The notes: generated by a model from the letters alone, not told the origin. DNA of 64,000 nucleotides from Bacteroidaceae bacterium (GCA_017448825.1 JAFSKR010000005.1:48511-112510), one strand, 5' to 3'. Shown: positions 49,601-58,682, counted from the stretch's first letter. Numbers and translations: made by a program.

Positions 49601-50167
49601 GGCACAAAAGAAGGACAGTCCTCTGTCGGCTCTGTCTATAACGGTACGGCTGCCAACACCAACTACTCCGTAGGCATCGATGGCACCTATTTCTTCCAGA
49701 GTCTCATGACTGCAGCTGACTCTTCATCCGTTAGCATCTCGCAAGAGGTGGAGGGACTGACACCTGGTTACTACCGCCTCACTGCAATGGTGGGTACAGA
49801 TGCCGATGCCACCGTCATGATGTTTGCGGGCGATGCAACGGCAACAGTCAATGGTCATGCTTACGGACACTACTACCTTACGGAAGTTGGGATTGACAGC
49901 ATTCGGGTGGAAGCGGTCGAAGAGGGCGAGACAGGAGTGCTCAACATCGGCATCAAGGAAGGACGTTGGTACAAGGTGGATGACTTCCGTCTCACCTACA
50001 TTGCTTCCCTTTTGCCACCAGAAGATGAGCCAGATGCCATCACCGTGGTTATCGAAACGCCTCCTGTGAAACGGGGCATCTACACCCTGCAAGGGGTGAA
50101 AGTGTCGCAGATGACACGTCCAGGCATCTACATCGTGGATGGCAAGAAAGTCTTCCATCGAAAGTAG
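46685..50167 (+). CDS. secreted C10-family (streptopain/interpain-like) cysteine peptidase with Spi-type prodomain and T9SS C-terminal sorting domain
   Basis: 1160 aa with a signal peptide. The prodomain is SPYYVFSRGEGKGFVIVSGDDCLPDILGYTE. The catalytic Cys context is TGCVATAAAQVIYYY and the His context is GGHAVVLDGY. The T9SS tail is GIYTLQGVKVSQMTRPGIYIVDGKKVF. Confidence 0.85.
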   Translation: MMKKLLTLSAVMFVSLSMSADPVDVAKAKQLAALVSVDEPILVSKALRTESKARKLSALAQATSPYYVFSRGEGKGFVIVSGDDCLPDILGYTESGDFDETLLPPHFFGWLDYYKTLVEDAQAAGQNVSRKSSMRKNAPRRIKGLESIPALLTSHWHQTSPYNDRCPIIDNGSRAVTGCVATAAAQVIYYYRKDNPDTYLSTTPTYGADEWHHTAVTDQIKKGTPVMWDLMLDKYSGSEPTEFRQAVANLVFAVGAMDHMDYYTSSGAQISDLVTPMSTFFNLSSTCEYKSDGSSSWVPLATWEKKIYDDLAAGHPIIYTGYKDEETGGHAVVLDGYQSSTGLFHFNFGWGGQGDGWYTVDDETGMNHFNLWQGMTYQICPKKQNVSASISIPDGFYEDRTNEVIVKVKNNSTLNFKGLYLFASTSNSKPTSLSTAKSSDKETVLASGETAEFTLSAKPTNTKAYYLTVTDANLNILAQMEVEPQSLTSNLHLRNLTVAGSNDKETFDGKDFQIIYNDKSAATATFRNASSHAYEGTIRLLFYTYDNETNTWTEVGYKTGKLNVGGNETGETDFNITSTSSCPIEVGKYYYGVLANPVSSSDDVINLSEASDTIIRFILKENDMEVVSFENGCLSIKGHFDATAFNSTSFAKKTAYKTATSYDLTQCTNVTTVKQEVNPNALYYVADNSEATGTNIIKGGKCAQLSLTPGYDFVPRAAFEVEKAQMLIGAESAKWYLLTVPFAATVPEGIIARVITGHTATGISNKTEDLKTLEAGKTYLVMSSSAHNMTLTSAKAFVVTAPVENQDPSLVGTYVATVTPAGASLLDDEADQYFVPMEEGTAVEALRGYWCADDLQKTFRAYSSITLDPAYLVLAQSIETAYGILRRYKNITTADAYKAYLAEIKEAEKEFSNRAESELTSSNKVKKYAEQLLADGSAYSKQVARAAGVEIDFTDCITNPSFETKTTKGWTLGTKEGQSSVGSVYNGTAANTNYSVGIDGTYFFQSLMTAADSSSVSISQEVEGLTPGYYRLTAMVGTDADATVMMFAGDATATVNGHAYGHYYLTEVGIDSIRVEAVEEGETGVLNIGIKEGRWYKVDDFRLTYIASLLPPEDEPDAITVVIETPPVKRGIYTLQGVKVSQMTRPGIYIVDGKKVFHRK

Positions 50168-50270
50168 TGTTTTTGCCCTCTGAAACGTGAAAATGTGCTA
50201 AAAAGCATATTTTTTCACACAAAAACATGCTAAAAAGCATAAAAAGTTTGGTCGTTCTGACAAAAAGCCC

Positions 50271-50278
50271 TACCTTTG
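50271..50278 (+). promoter_or_regulatory. putative -7 box for the 50335 gene
   Basis: TACCTTTG 57 nt upstream of ATG 50335. Confidence 0.45.
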
Positions 50279-50334
50279 CATCAGTTTTCAGCCTCCCGTA
50301 GAAAGGAGAGCCAACTAATAAAAAGTAAGATTGT

Positions 50335-50772
50335 ATGAAAAAATTACTGTTATTAGCACTGATGACTATCTCGTTGTCAGCTGTCGCTGAGACCCCTGGC
50401 AAGGTAGATCTTCAGAAAAAGTGGGGTGCTGTCATTCACGCCATTGCGATGGTAGAAAGTGAGTGCCAACCCAATCAAGTATCGAAGAATGGACTTTACG
50501 TCGGTTATCTACAGATTTCCGAAATTTTAGTGCGCGAGTGCAACCGTATCGTCGGGTACAAGAAATACACTTACGCTGACCGTTATGACAAGCAGAAGAG
50601 CATTGACATGTTCATCGACTATCAGGAGCATTACAACCCAGACGGCAACATGGAACGTGCCATCCGTCTCTGGAACTCAGGCGACCTGAAGTGTATGACT
50701 CGCAAGGCTCGTACCGAAGGTTACTACCAGCGAGTAATGAAAAGGTACACCGCCACTGCTGCTCTGCAATAA
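50335..50772 (+). CDS. small secreted lysozyme-like / SLT-domain protein
   Basis: 145 aa with a signal peptide. SLT-like motifs are AIAMVESE (catalytic Glu-Ser) and GYLQIS. Confidence 0.58.
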   Translation: MKKLLLLALMTISLSAVAETPGKVDLQKKWGAVIHAIAMVESECQPNQVSKNGLYVGYLQISEILVRECNRIVGYKKYTYADRYDKQKSIDMFIDYQEHYNPDGNMERAIRLWNSGDLKCMTRKARTEGYYQRVMKRYTATAALQ

Positions 50773-50837
50773 CATTTGACAACACGGGGCATATTCCCCA
50801 ATCTTTTTGCAAAATTATCGTATTTGCATTCACAAGA

Positions 50838-50865
50838 CGAGGCCGTACAGCCTCGCCTTTTTTTT
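50838..50865 (+). terminator. intrinsic terminator after the SLT-like gene
   Basis: 6-bp stem cgaggc / gcctcg with loop cgtaca, followed by T8. Confidence 0.65.
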
Positions 50866-50939
50866 CGTTATGCCAAAATCCTAAAATACTTTCCGAAAAG
50901 TGAATTCGATGAATTTGAATACAAACATAATTTAACTAT

Positions 50940-50986
50940 CTTACGCTGGAAAAAGTTGACTGTTGTGTAACTTTTTCCAGCGTAAG
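50940..50986. repeat. perfect 18-bp-stem hairpin in a convergent intergenic region
   Basis: cttacgctggaaaaagtt (50940-50957) / aactttttccagcgtaag (50969-50986) with an 11-nt loop. Confidence 0.9.
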
Positions 50987-51033
50987 ACGTAGATAATTTT
51001 CGTCGAATGGACGTTATATTAAGGCTAAAGCGG

Positions 51034-51108
51034 GCGAAGATGTGTCGTTTCGTCATCTTCGCTCGCCTAAATCGTGGCCCCCGTCACTTCGCTGTAGAAG
51101 TGACGGGG
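51034..51108. repeat. two further GC-rich hairpins (9-bp and 12-bp stems)
   Basis: gcgaagatg (51034-42) / catcttcgc (51054-62), and ccccgtcacttc (51079-90) / gaagtgacgggg (51097-108). Confidence 0.85.
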
Positions 51109-51194
51109 CGTATAGAAATTATCGCTTTGCTCAGAAGTTAAAGATGATACCACTATGCGGACAATCTCTTTTTGTTCTCTTTTTCGTGATAGTT

Positions 51195-52151
51195 CTATTT
51201 GATGATTACTTTCTTGTTGTCTCTGATATATACGCCTCGCTGCTTGGGCTGTTGTGTGCCGAGGTAGCGGCCATTCATGTCGAAGTAGCGGCTGCTGCCG
51301 TCGGCCTCGATGGTGCGCATCTCGATGCCCGTGTCGGCATCGTCGTAGCCCGAGAAGTCGGCATCAGCGTCGAAGTCGTTTGCTGGGAAGTCGATGATCT
51401 GGTCCTCGTGTTCGCCGCCACCCGGCTCCACGTCGGCATAACTCACGGTGACCACGTCCGTCTGGAGCACCTCGCTGAAGGTGGCGTAGCAACGGAAGGG
51501 CAGCATGTAGGCATTACGATATTTCTCATTGTCGTTGCGGATGCGCTTGGCTTTGCCGTCGCTCTGCAGCACATAGGCTCGCATATTGGCCGATTCGTCG
51601 TTGCCGACTATGCAGTAGGATCCGTGCCACTGTCCCACCACCTGCGTATGGTTGTCCCAGTTGACGAAATCCCATGGCTTGCTCTCCTTCGACAGGGTGA
51701 CGCCGTAAGCATTCAGGTGGATTGTGCCCTGGTTGACGACGATGATGACTGGCTCGCCCGCCTGAATGTAATGGCCGCGCGGCATGAAGGCCAACTGCTC
51801 GCCATTCTTCAAGGCATACGGACAGTAAACGTTGACGCGGTCGTAGTTGTCACCCGTCTGCACATCCAGGTCAAGGTCGTAGGGCAAGCAGACGGTGTGG
51901 GCGCGGGGCTTCCATGTGCCGTCGCCCTGCTGGGTGGCGCTGAGCACGCGGTCGTAGGTGACGTTTACCTTCTGTCCGTCGTACTGTTCCAGCATGGCGG
52001 TGTTGTCGGCAGAATCGTCGATGGTGACGGTGGGCAGGTTCTCAACGAGTCTCATGTTGAGATGGTCTGCCGTCGAGGCCGTTGTGGCCTGGAAGTAGGC
52101 GCAGTAGGTTTCTATGTAGGTATCCTTGTTGTTTGACGTCACCTTTTTCAT
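51195..52151 (-). CDS. T9SS C-terminal-sorting-domain protein fragment (no signal peptide); probably the displaced 3' part of the upstream LRR gene
   Basis: 318 aa with T9SS tail RYFDMNGRYLGTQQPKQRGVYIRDNKKVIIK. It contains a second copy of the HTVCLPYDL module seen at the end of the 995-aa ORF. ATGA overlaps that ORF. Confidence 0.6.
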   Translation of the reverse strand: MKKVTSNNKDTYIETYCAYFQATTASTADHLNMRLVENLPTVTIDDSADNTAMLEQYDGQKVNVTYDRVLSATQQGDGTWKPRAHTVCLPYDLDLDVQTGDNYDRVNVYCPYALKNGEQLAFMPRGHYIQAGEPVIIVVNQGTIHLNAYGVTLSKESKPWDFVNWDNHTQVVGQWHGSYCIVGNDESANMRAYVLQSDGKAKRIRNDNEKYRNAYMLPFRCYATFSEVLQTDVVTVSYADVEPGGGEHEDQIIDFPANDFDADADFSGYDDADTGIEMRTIEADGSSRYFDMNGRYLGTQQPKQRGVYIRDNKKVIIK

Positions 52152-55135
52152 GTCCCATCCTCGCTCAGCACGTAGACCGGCTTCCCGTCGTCATGCAGTT
52201 TGTCATTGGAAATGTTGACGGTGGTGCCCTTGAAGCAGAAGCCGTCCAGTACCTCCGGCTCATCGGTCGGCACCTGATAGATGGTGGTGTTCGTGTCGGA
52301 ATTCAGAGAAACCGCCTCCTCTCCTTCCACGGTGACGTAATATGGTTTGTAGGCTTTCATTGCCATGTCGTCCACTTCGGTAAAGGTGATGGTAGGCACG
52401 CCATTCACTTCCTCAATCTTGGTGGGAGCATACACCTTGGCGTTCTCTGCCGTCAGTGTCAGGTCGTAAGGCAGGCAGACGGTGTGTCCGTTTACCACAT
52501 ATTCTTCCTCGCCCGACCATTCCGGCATGTTAATCCACTCGCCCGTGTCATTGCCGTCGTCATCATAAACGGGTACGGTGATGGGGTTGCCGTTCTCGTC
52601 CTTCTGGTAGACAATGTCGCCATTGGAGTCGGTAACGGCATGGAAGACGGTTGTCTTTTCAGCCGACAGTTCGCGGTTGATGGTCACGTCGGTTGCCGAG
52701 AAATAGACGGGAGGGGTGAAATCCCAGTCGTCTGTCAGTTCAACACTCAGTGCCTGATTGGCGATGACGGCGTTCACTTCACCTGTTCCGCGAGCGTGGT
52801 AGGCGTGCAGATAGATCATGGTGCTTTCGCTCATGCCAAAGAAGGGATTATCCACCTCAGAGCGTTTGATGGTGTATCTCTCGTCGTTTATCGTTTTCGA
52901 CATCTTACTCATATCGACATATCGCAGGTTGTCGGCATCCTCAAAGAGCCGTGCCCCCAGCGAGTAGCGTCTGCCGGCGGGGAAGGTGATGCTGGTCAGT
53001 TCCGTGCAACTGGTGAAGCAATTGGTGGATATGGCGATGTCCAAGTTGGTCAGGTCATCGATGGGCAGCACATAGTCGCCCGTCTTGCCAGGAGCACAGG
53101 CAACGACGAAACTACGGTATTCGCCTACGTTGTGCAGCAGCACGTTATCTACGCAGATGTAGCCGTTGTCGTTGCCACGCGAGGCGGTGAGCGTGGTTAG
53201 TTTCGGACAGTAGGTGATGAAGTTGCCCGTATGGTCTTTGAAGCCCTTGCCGATATTGAACGATGTCAGGTTTTCGCACCCTAAGAAGGCTCCTTCGCCC
53301 AGCGTGGTCACGCCATCGGGCATGTCGAAGGCTGTCAGCGCATCGCAGAAGGCGAAAGCCCCTGCACCGATGGTGGTCACGTTGCTACCGATGGTCACGC
53401 TCTCGATGATACTGCCCTCCAAGGCATTTTCGAGAATGGCGGTGACGGGCTTGTCCTTGTACGTGTCGGGGATGGTGATACTTGTGGCTGTTCCCGTATA
53501 GCCCGCAACCTCGTAGGCCGTCGGATTAGCGGGGTCGTTGCCTACAGGATTGTACACCAGTCCGTTGTCGTCGGTTGTGGTGACCACGTTTCTGAGGTAC
53601 ATCTCCTTTAGCGTGAGGGGCACGGGGTAGTCAATGTAATTGCCCGTAAAGTAGTACCAGTTGTCATCGCCCAGCACAGTCTTGGTCTTGTCCTGCGTCA
53701 TGTCGCTTTGAGTATTATAGTGATTATAACCCGTTATGGTGTACGTAATGGATCCTTCAGACCCCACCATATTGTAGGCATAGTAATCTTTGCCACCGAT
53801 GCCTTCACCATTTACCCAGTAGACACAATCCTTGATGGAACTATTCGTGGTTCCATTATATCTTCCGACAATGATGCCTCCCACGTATGAGCCATCGCCG
53901 GTGGAGACATTCTGGATGAAGTTGGAGGCAGAACAGTCTTGGATAACAGTATGATAATTGATATTGCCGACGATGCCGCCTGCCCAACCGGTACATTTTA
54001 CCTGACCGTGGAACATACAACGTGCGATGTTGCCGGTCACGGCAAAGCCCACGATGCCGCCGCCACTGCCACTGGTGGCGCTGACGGTATAATCAGCACC
54101 AGAAGAGGCATTGCTCGTCACCAGTACGTCGGTGACGTTGGTGCCGTCCTCAGCATAGCCTAACACGCTGCCCACATAGTCCCTGCCACTCACTTGCGGG
54201 TTCAGCAGGTGCATGTTGTAGATGATGGCCTCCTTAGCCCTGCCGAACAGTCCCACGTAGTTTTGTGAAACGTTGCACTTCAGGTTCTTGATGACGTGTC
54301 CATCGCCGTTGAAGACACCGTCGAAGGGATGGGCTTCGGTGCCTATTGGAGTCCACTCCAGATCTTTCAAGTCAAGGTCGGCGGTCAGCGTAACAGACTT
54401 GTTGGTACTGCCCTTGTACCGATTGCCATTGTTCACGGCATTGCGGAACTCCACCAGTTCTTCAACCGTACTGATAGTTTGCGGTTTGTCGCTGCGCTCA
54501 TAGATGCGTCGGAACGCATGCACATAGCCGATGGTGTCGGCAAAGAGTTTGCCGGTGTAGTCAGATACATGGCCTTCGGGCACATAAAGCACGCGCGATG
54601 CCGCCATGTTTTCCATACTTTTGATGGTTCCCGATGAACTGAATACGTCGTTCCATTCCCATGCGGGAGCCTCAGTGGCATTGCTGACGACGTTATTCAA
54701 CGACTTCATGTTGACGAAGGCGCCACGGGCAATGCTGGTCATGGTTGATGGGATCTGTATCTCTTTCACAGCCGAGCAACCCACGAAGGCGTATGCGCCA
54801 ATGTGCTTCATGCCTTCTTCAAGAGTGATGGAGGTCAGATTGGTGCATAGGCGGAAAGCCACTGGTCTGGGTTCCACCGTATAGGTAGTGCCGTCGATAT
54901 CCACTGTGGCGGGGATGACGAGGTCTCCCACGTTCCAGAAAGGAATGCAGGCGTTGTAGCCATTGCCCAGCAGGGCAATGTGGTTGGTGGCGTCTAAGCG
55001 TGCCACTGCCGCCTGTGTGTTGCCGTTCAGCGTCAGATTGACAGTTCCCTCAATATAGTCAGCACTCACACTGAGAGGGAGCATCAGGGTTGTCAATAAT
55101 ATGTATAAGTATTTCTTCATATTCTTGTCCTCCAT
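52148..55135 (-). CDS. BspA-type leucine-rich-repeat + GLUG-motif surface protein (signal peptide present, sorting domain missing)
   Basis: 995 aa with signal MKKYLYILLTTLMLPLSVSA. LRR_5-type repeats occur (IGAYAFVGCSAVKEIQIPSTMTSIARGAFVNMKSL; TTIGAGAFAFCDALTAFDMPDGVTTLGEGAFLGCENL). GLUG-like units occur (YVGLFGRA..., GGGIVGFA..., WAGGIVGN..., YVGGIIVG). Confidence 0.8.
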   Translation of the reverse strand: MEDKNMKKYLYILLTTLMLPLSVSADYIEGTVNLTLNGNTQAAVARLDATNHIALLGNGYNACIPFWNVGDLVIPATVDIDGTTYTVEPRPVAFRLCTNLTSITLEEGMKHIGAYAFVGCSAVKEIQIPSTMTSIARGAFVNMKSLNNVVSNATEAPAWEWNDVFSSSGTIKSMENMAASRVLYVPEGHVSDYTGKLFADTIGYVHAFRRIYERSDKPQTISTVEELVEFRNAVNNGNRYKGSTNKSVTLTADLDLKDLEWTPIGTEAHPFDGVFNGDGHVIKNLKCNVSQNYVGLFGRAKEAIIYNMHLLNPQVSGRDYVGSVLGYAEDGTNVTDVLVTSNASSGADYTVSATSGSGGGIVGFAVTGNIARCMFHGQVKCTGWAGGIVGNINYHTVIQDCSASNFIQNVSTGDGSYVGGIIVGRYNGTTNSSIKDCVYWVNGEGIGGKDYYAYNMVGSEGSITYTITGYNHYNTQSDMTQDKTKTVLGDDNWYYFTGNYIDYPVPLTLKEMYLRNVVTTTDDNGLVYNPVGNDPANPTAYEVAGYTGTATSITIPDTYKDKPVTAILENALEGSIIESVTIGSNVTTIGAGAFAFCDALTAFDMPDGVTTLGEGAFLGCENLTSFNIGKGFKDHTGNFITYCPKLTTLTASRGNDNGYICVDNVLLHNVGEYRSFVVACAPGKTGDYVLPIDDLTNLDIAISTNCFTSCTELTSITFPAGRRYSLGARLFEDADNLRYVDMSKMSKTINDERYTIKRSEVDNPFFGMSESTMIYLHAYHARGTGEVNAVIANQALSVELTDDWDFTPPVYFSATDVTINRELSAEKTTVFHAVTDSNGDIVYQKDENGNPITVPVYDDDGNDTGEWINMPEWSGEEEYVVNGHTVCLPYDLTLTAENAKVYAPTKIEEVNGVPTITFTEVDDMAMKAYKPYYVTVEGEEAVSLNSDTNTTIYQVPTDEPEVLDGFCFKGTTVNISNDKLHDDGKPVYVLSEDGT

Positions 55136-55141
55136 GTCTTT

Positions 55142-56974
55142 CTATTTTTTCCCATAAAGCACCCATTTCATCATCGTATAGTCCGGTGAGGTTGCGCCAC
55201 CCGTCAGATAGAATGACCGGCCTGCAGGCACGTGGTCTTTCTTGCTGTTGGTGTCGATGATATAGACATCGGCCTTTGTCTCGTCGGTAGTGGTGTGCGT
55301 GGGGCGTACGCCTGCCCGCTCCGACGGTTTGTTCTTGGAGTTTTCGAAATAGTAGGTCAGCCCGTCTTGATTGCGCATGAAGGTGAGCAGGTTGACATAG
55401 GGCACCACGGTGTCGTAGGTAGTGTGGTAGAAGGCTATGCGCTTCTTCGGTGTCCAGCCTACAGTGAGGTTGTTGCTCTCCAGAGCCATAACCAGGTTTT
55501 TCATAAAGTCGTTCTGTATCGCCTCTCCTCTTGTCATGCGGCGGAAGTCGTCAAGACATCCTGGCGTGAGCATGTACTCCAGGCTGCCATGTACGTTGTT
55601 ACCATCGTCCAGCGGGAACAACTTTTCCTTGTCGACAATGGTATTGTCCTTGTATATCCCGGTTTTCAGAATCTTGCGGAATTGCTTGTTCACATCACCA
55701 GTGCTGTACTGGTCATTGCTATTGGGGTTATTCTTAGCCTTGATAACCTCCAAGACACCGGTATTGAGGAAGTTTTGTGTCAGGTATTCATTTACACGGT
55801 TCTGTCGCATATAGGGGTTGCTGTCACACATGCCTTTCAGTATCAGCGGCATGACAATAGGCATGGAGACGCGCTCAGCCTGATGACTGGTCTTGTTGTT
55901 GCCGTCGTATGTCTCGCCATTGTCGGTCATATAGTAGAGCAGGTGGTCGGTCGGACTGTATGGACCATCACCACACACGGAGCCTGCGAAGTGGAGTTCG
56001 TCAACAAGGTTGTTCATTTCAATATACTTATGTGTAGCCAAAGAGACGGAGCCGCCTTGTGAGAAGCCCACACACACCGACTGCCAGTTTTTCTCAAGCG
56101 ATTTCGCGTCGCCGCTGTTGACCTTTGCATTGTAGAGAGCCAGTCCGTAGCGCGTAGCATCAACCACCTGTCGTGCCGTCAGTTCCTGATAGAGGTAGGG
56201 GTGCGGTCGGTTCGCTGTGTCGCCATAGCCCTCGTAGTCGGGCAGTATGACCAGACTGCACGGCTGGCGCAGCAGGTCGTAGCGTGTGTAGAAGAGCATC
56301 ATGGCCGTATCGGTCATGAAATTGTCCAACCCTCCAAATGAGGAATTACGCTCGTATGATGTCGGGCACTCCCAGTTGCTGGTGATGGTGACGTGGCAGC
56401 CAATGACCACATTGCTGGGATGTGCCTGAGGGTCGGGAATGGCTTTTGATACAACCCACCCCAGAGGGCTATATGTGAAGTAAGTAACTGCAGTTCCTAT
56501 AATACCGCTCACCACCGAGCGGTGGGGCACGCCCATGAGTGCTGAGAGTCGCACGGTGTTGCCGTCGGCATCTACCGAGGGGTAGGTGAACGAATAAAGG
56601 CGTGCCGACGAGCGCTCTTGCTTACCTTCGTAAGTCCAGTCACCATCGGGTATGACGACTGGCGCATTGGCACTTTTTGGCATTCTCCTCGCCCGTTGTA
56701 CCAGTGAGTCTGCCAGTATTTTTTGTCTGGCCTCATACTCCTCGGCGGAGTAGACCTTTGCCCCCATGTCTATGGAAACGGTATCGGCACGACCCGTCTG
56801 GGGATTGACTATAACGGTGTCACGGCTACTGAAAACCAGATAGGACATGCTCGTAACCTTCACGTCGTTCACATCCACTGTAGTGGGAACGCTGCCCAGA
56901 CTGGTTTGTCCCAAGGCATCCGTGGCTGCTATCGTCAGCCAAAACGCCAGCATGGTTTTAATTGTTTTCTTCAT
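55142..56974 (-). CDS. secreted alpha/beta-hydrolase, lipase-like
   Basis: 610 aa with a signal peptide. The nucleophile elbow is GFSQGG. Candidate Asp (YHTTYDTVVP) and His (KKDHVPAG) lie downstream. Its stop is 6 nt before the next gene. Confidence 0.65.
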   Translation of the reverse strand: MKKTIKTMLAFWLTIAATDALGQTSLGSVPTTVDVNDVKVTSMSYLVFSSRDTVIVNPQTGRADTVSIDMGAKVYSAEEYEARQKILADSLVQRARRMPKSANAPVVIPDGDWTYEGKQERSSARLYSFTYPSVDADGNTVRLSALMGVPHRSVVSGIIGTAVTYFTYSPLGWVVSKAIPDPQAHPSNVVIGCHVTITSNWECPTSYERNSSFGGLDNFMTDTAMMLFYTRYDLLRQPCSLVILPDYEGYGDTANRPHPYLYQELTARQVVDATRYGLALYNAKVNSGDAKSLEKNWQSVCVGFSQGGSVSLATHKYIEMNNLVDELHFAGSVCGDGPYSPTDHLLYYMTDNGETYDGNNKTSHQAERVSMPIVMPLILKGMCDSNPYMRQNRVNEYLTQNFLNTGVLEVIKAKNNPNSNDQYSTGDVNKQFRKILKTGIYKDNTIVDKEKLFPLDDGNNVHGSLEYMLTPGCLDDFRRMTRGEAIQNDFMKNLVMALESNNLTVGWTPKKRIAFYHTTYDTVVPYVNLLTFMRNQDGLTYYFENSKNKPSERAGVRPTHTTTDETKADVYIIDTNSKKDHVPAGRSFYLTGGATSPDYTMMKWVLYGKK

Positions 56975-57048
56975 AGTGTTGTCTATATATTCTCAATTCA
57001 TAAAGGATTCCTTTTTCATTTGCATTTTTGATTGTTAATGTTCATAGC

Positions 57049-58602
57049 TCATTGCGCAGGCTGGGGGATGGTAAGCACAGCGTGCAGGTCGTTGGTCTGG
57101 CTGGACAGTGCGGCATTGCTCGCCTGATTGGTGTCGGTGAGCATGCTCGTCAGCGAGGGCTTGACGTATCTCATCAGCATCTCTTTCAGGAAGTCGGCCG
57201 TCTCGTCGAGGTCTTCCTCATCGGTATCCTCATCAACAATTTTCCTGACCTGCCTTAGGCAGAGATTCTTCACGCCCTCCTCAAACTCAGTGATGACGGC
57301 CTGGCTGCGAGGATTGGCGTTCTCGTTGCCGGCATTGTGTATCATGTAGGCCTCCGTAAACGGTGTGCTCAGGTATTCCATGAGCAGCTCCCCCATCTCC
57401 TGCGGCGTGGCAGGCAGCAACGAGGGTGAAATGCCAAGTTCTGGGAGCAGCTTGCGGTAGGTTTCTACCGCGGGCCAGTATTCATTGATGTGCCATGCCA
57501 GCCCGTCGGCGATGTTCGAAGAGCTGCGTTTGTAGCACTCCTGCTGGACGTCGGCGATAGAGGGAATCGACTTGATGTAGCCCGTCGAGACATTCCACTG
57601 CGTGAAGTCGCGGTTGACGGTGATGGTGCGCCACACATTGGGATAGCTGACGGTGGCACCCGTCGAAATGTCTATCAGGCTGTCGGTCTTGGCCTCCGTC
57701 ACCTTCCTGTATTGTGCGATGTCCTGCAGGTGCTGGTGGCCGGTGATTACCAAGTGTATGCCGTGCTGCATCATGCCCTCGGCCACCTTCTTGTAGTCGC
57801 GCACCACGTAGGGGGCCTGCATCGTGGCTTGGCCGTCGTAATGCTCCACGGCATTGTGGTGCATCATGGCCACCACCTGCTTGCCGGCGGCGTGTGCGGC
57901 ATCGACCTGCTGCCACATCCACTGCAGCGTGGCCTCTCGGATGCGCCCCGCCGTCTGGTTGCGGTTGGTGCTGTCGCCACGCTCCACGAAGAGGTTCTCC
58001 TCATAGAGGTTGCTGTCGAGGCAGAGGAGCACCAGCCCGTCGAGCGGCTCACAGGTGAACGAGAGCGATGCTGGGTCGCGGACGGTCTCTGGTCGTGCAT
58101 AGCCATAGTTGGCGTATAGTTTTGCAAACTGTTCGGTCGAGGTGCGCGCGGCAGGCTGCGTCTGGTCGCCCATGTAATAGACACCCTCGGGATTATCTAT
58201 GTCGTGGTTGCCGGGAATGACGATGGTCGGAATGCCCGCTGTGCGTATGCGCTCCAGAATGCTTACCACCAGCTGATGGCTCAGCAGCTCGCCGTCCTTG
58301 GTCAGGTCGCCGGGAATGAGCACCAGGTCGGGCTTCTTCTCCAGCACGACATCGACGACGGTCCCCATCACTTCGCCGCTCTCCGCCAACAGTTTGGGGT
58401 CAGTCTTGACGTAGTTTTCATAGGCGGTGCCTTTCTCTACGAGCAGTTCTGGAGCCATCACATGGATGTCGCTCATGACGAAGATGTTGTACTCGGACTT
58501 CGGTTCTTCCGGCGAGGGTTCGCTGGTGTTGTCGTCGTTGTCTGTGCACGATGTCAGTGCGATGCAGATGCAGGCAACCGCGGTCAGAAAAAATTTTTTC
58601 AT
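57049..58602 (-). CDS. lipoprotein metallophosphoesterase (calcineurin-like)
   Basis: Trimmed to ATG 58602 (MKKFFLTAVACICIALTSC). MPE motifs are present: SDIH, GDLTKDGE, GNHD, MMHHN, GHQH. Confidence 0.85.
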   Translation of the reverse strand: MKKFFLTAVACICIALTSCTDNDDNTSEPSPEEPKSEYNIFVMSDIHVMAPELLVEKGTAYENYVKTDPKLLAESGEVMGTVVDVVLEKKPDLVLIPGDLTKDGELLSHQLVVSILERIRTAGIPTIVIPGNHDIDNPEGVYYMGDQTQPAARTSTEQFAKLYANYGYARPETVRDPASLSFTCEPLDGLVLLCLDSNLYEENLFVERGDSTNRNQTAGRIREATLQWMWQQVDAAHAAGKQVVAMMHHNAVEHYDGQATMQAPYVVRDYKKVAEGMMQHGIHLVITGHQHLQDIAQYRKVTEAKTDSLIDISTGATVSYPNVWRTITVNRDFTQWNVSTGYIKSIPSIADVQQECYKRSSSNIADGLAWHINEYWPAVETYRKLLPELGISPSLLPATPQEMGELLMEYLSTPFTEAYMIHNAGNENANPRSQAVITEFEEGVKNLCLRQVRKIVDEDTDEEDLDETADFLKEMLMRYVKPSLTSMLTDTNQASNAALSSQTNDLHAVLTIPQPAQ

Positions 58603-58682
58603 TATTCGTTTTGTTTTTATGTTGCTATAATTTGTTGTTATTGTCATCTGTCACTGTCAGTTCATTCTGCCTGAATTTTGTC

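Noticed and set aside
51042-53200. Two long plus-strand ORFs (364 and 372 aa) opposite the T9SS/LRR genes
   Set aside because: Their V/G/A/D/H-rich, repetitive translations are typical of the reverse strand of GC3-rich coding DNA. The minus-strand ORFs carry recognisable LRR, GLUG and T9SS motifs. The same reasoning applies to 55232..56062, 57490..58119, 60556..60867 and 62602..63393.
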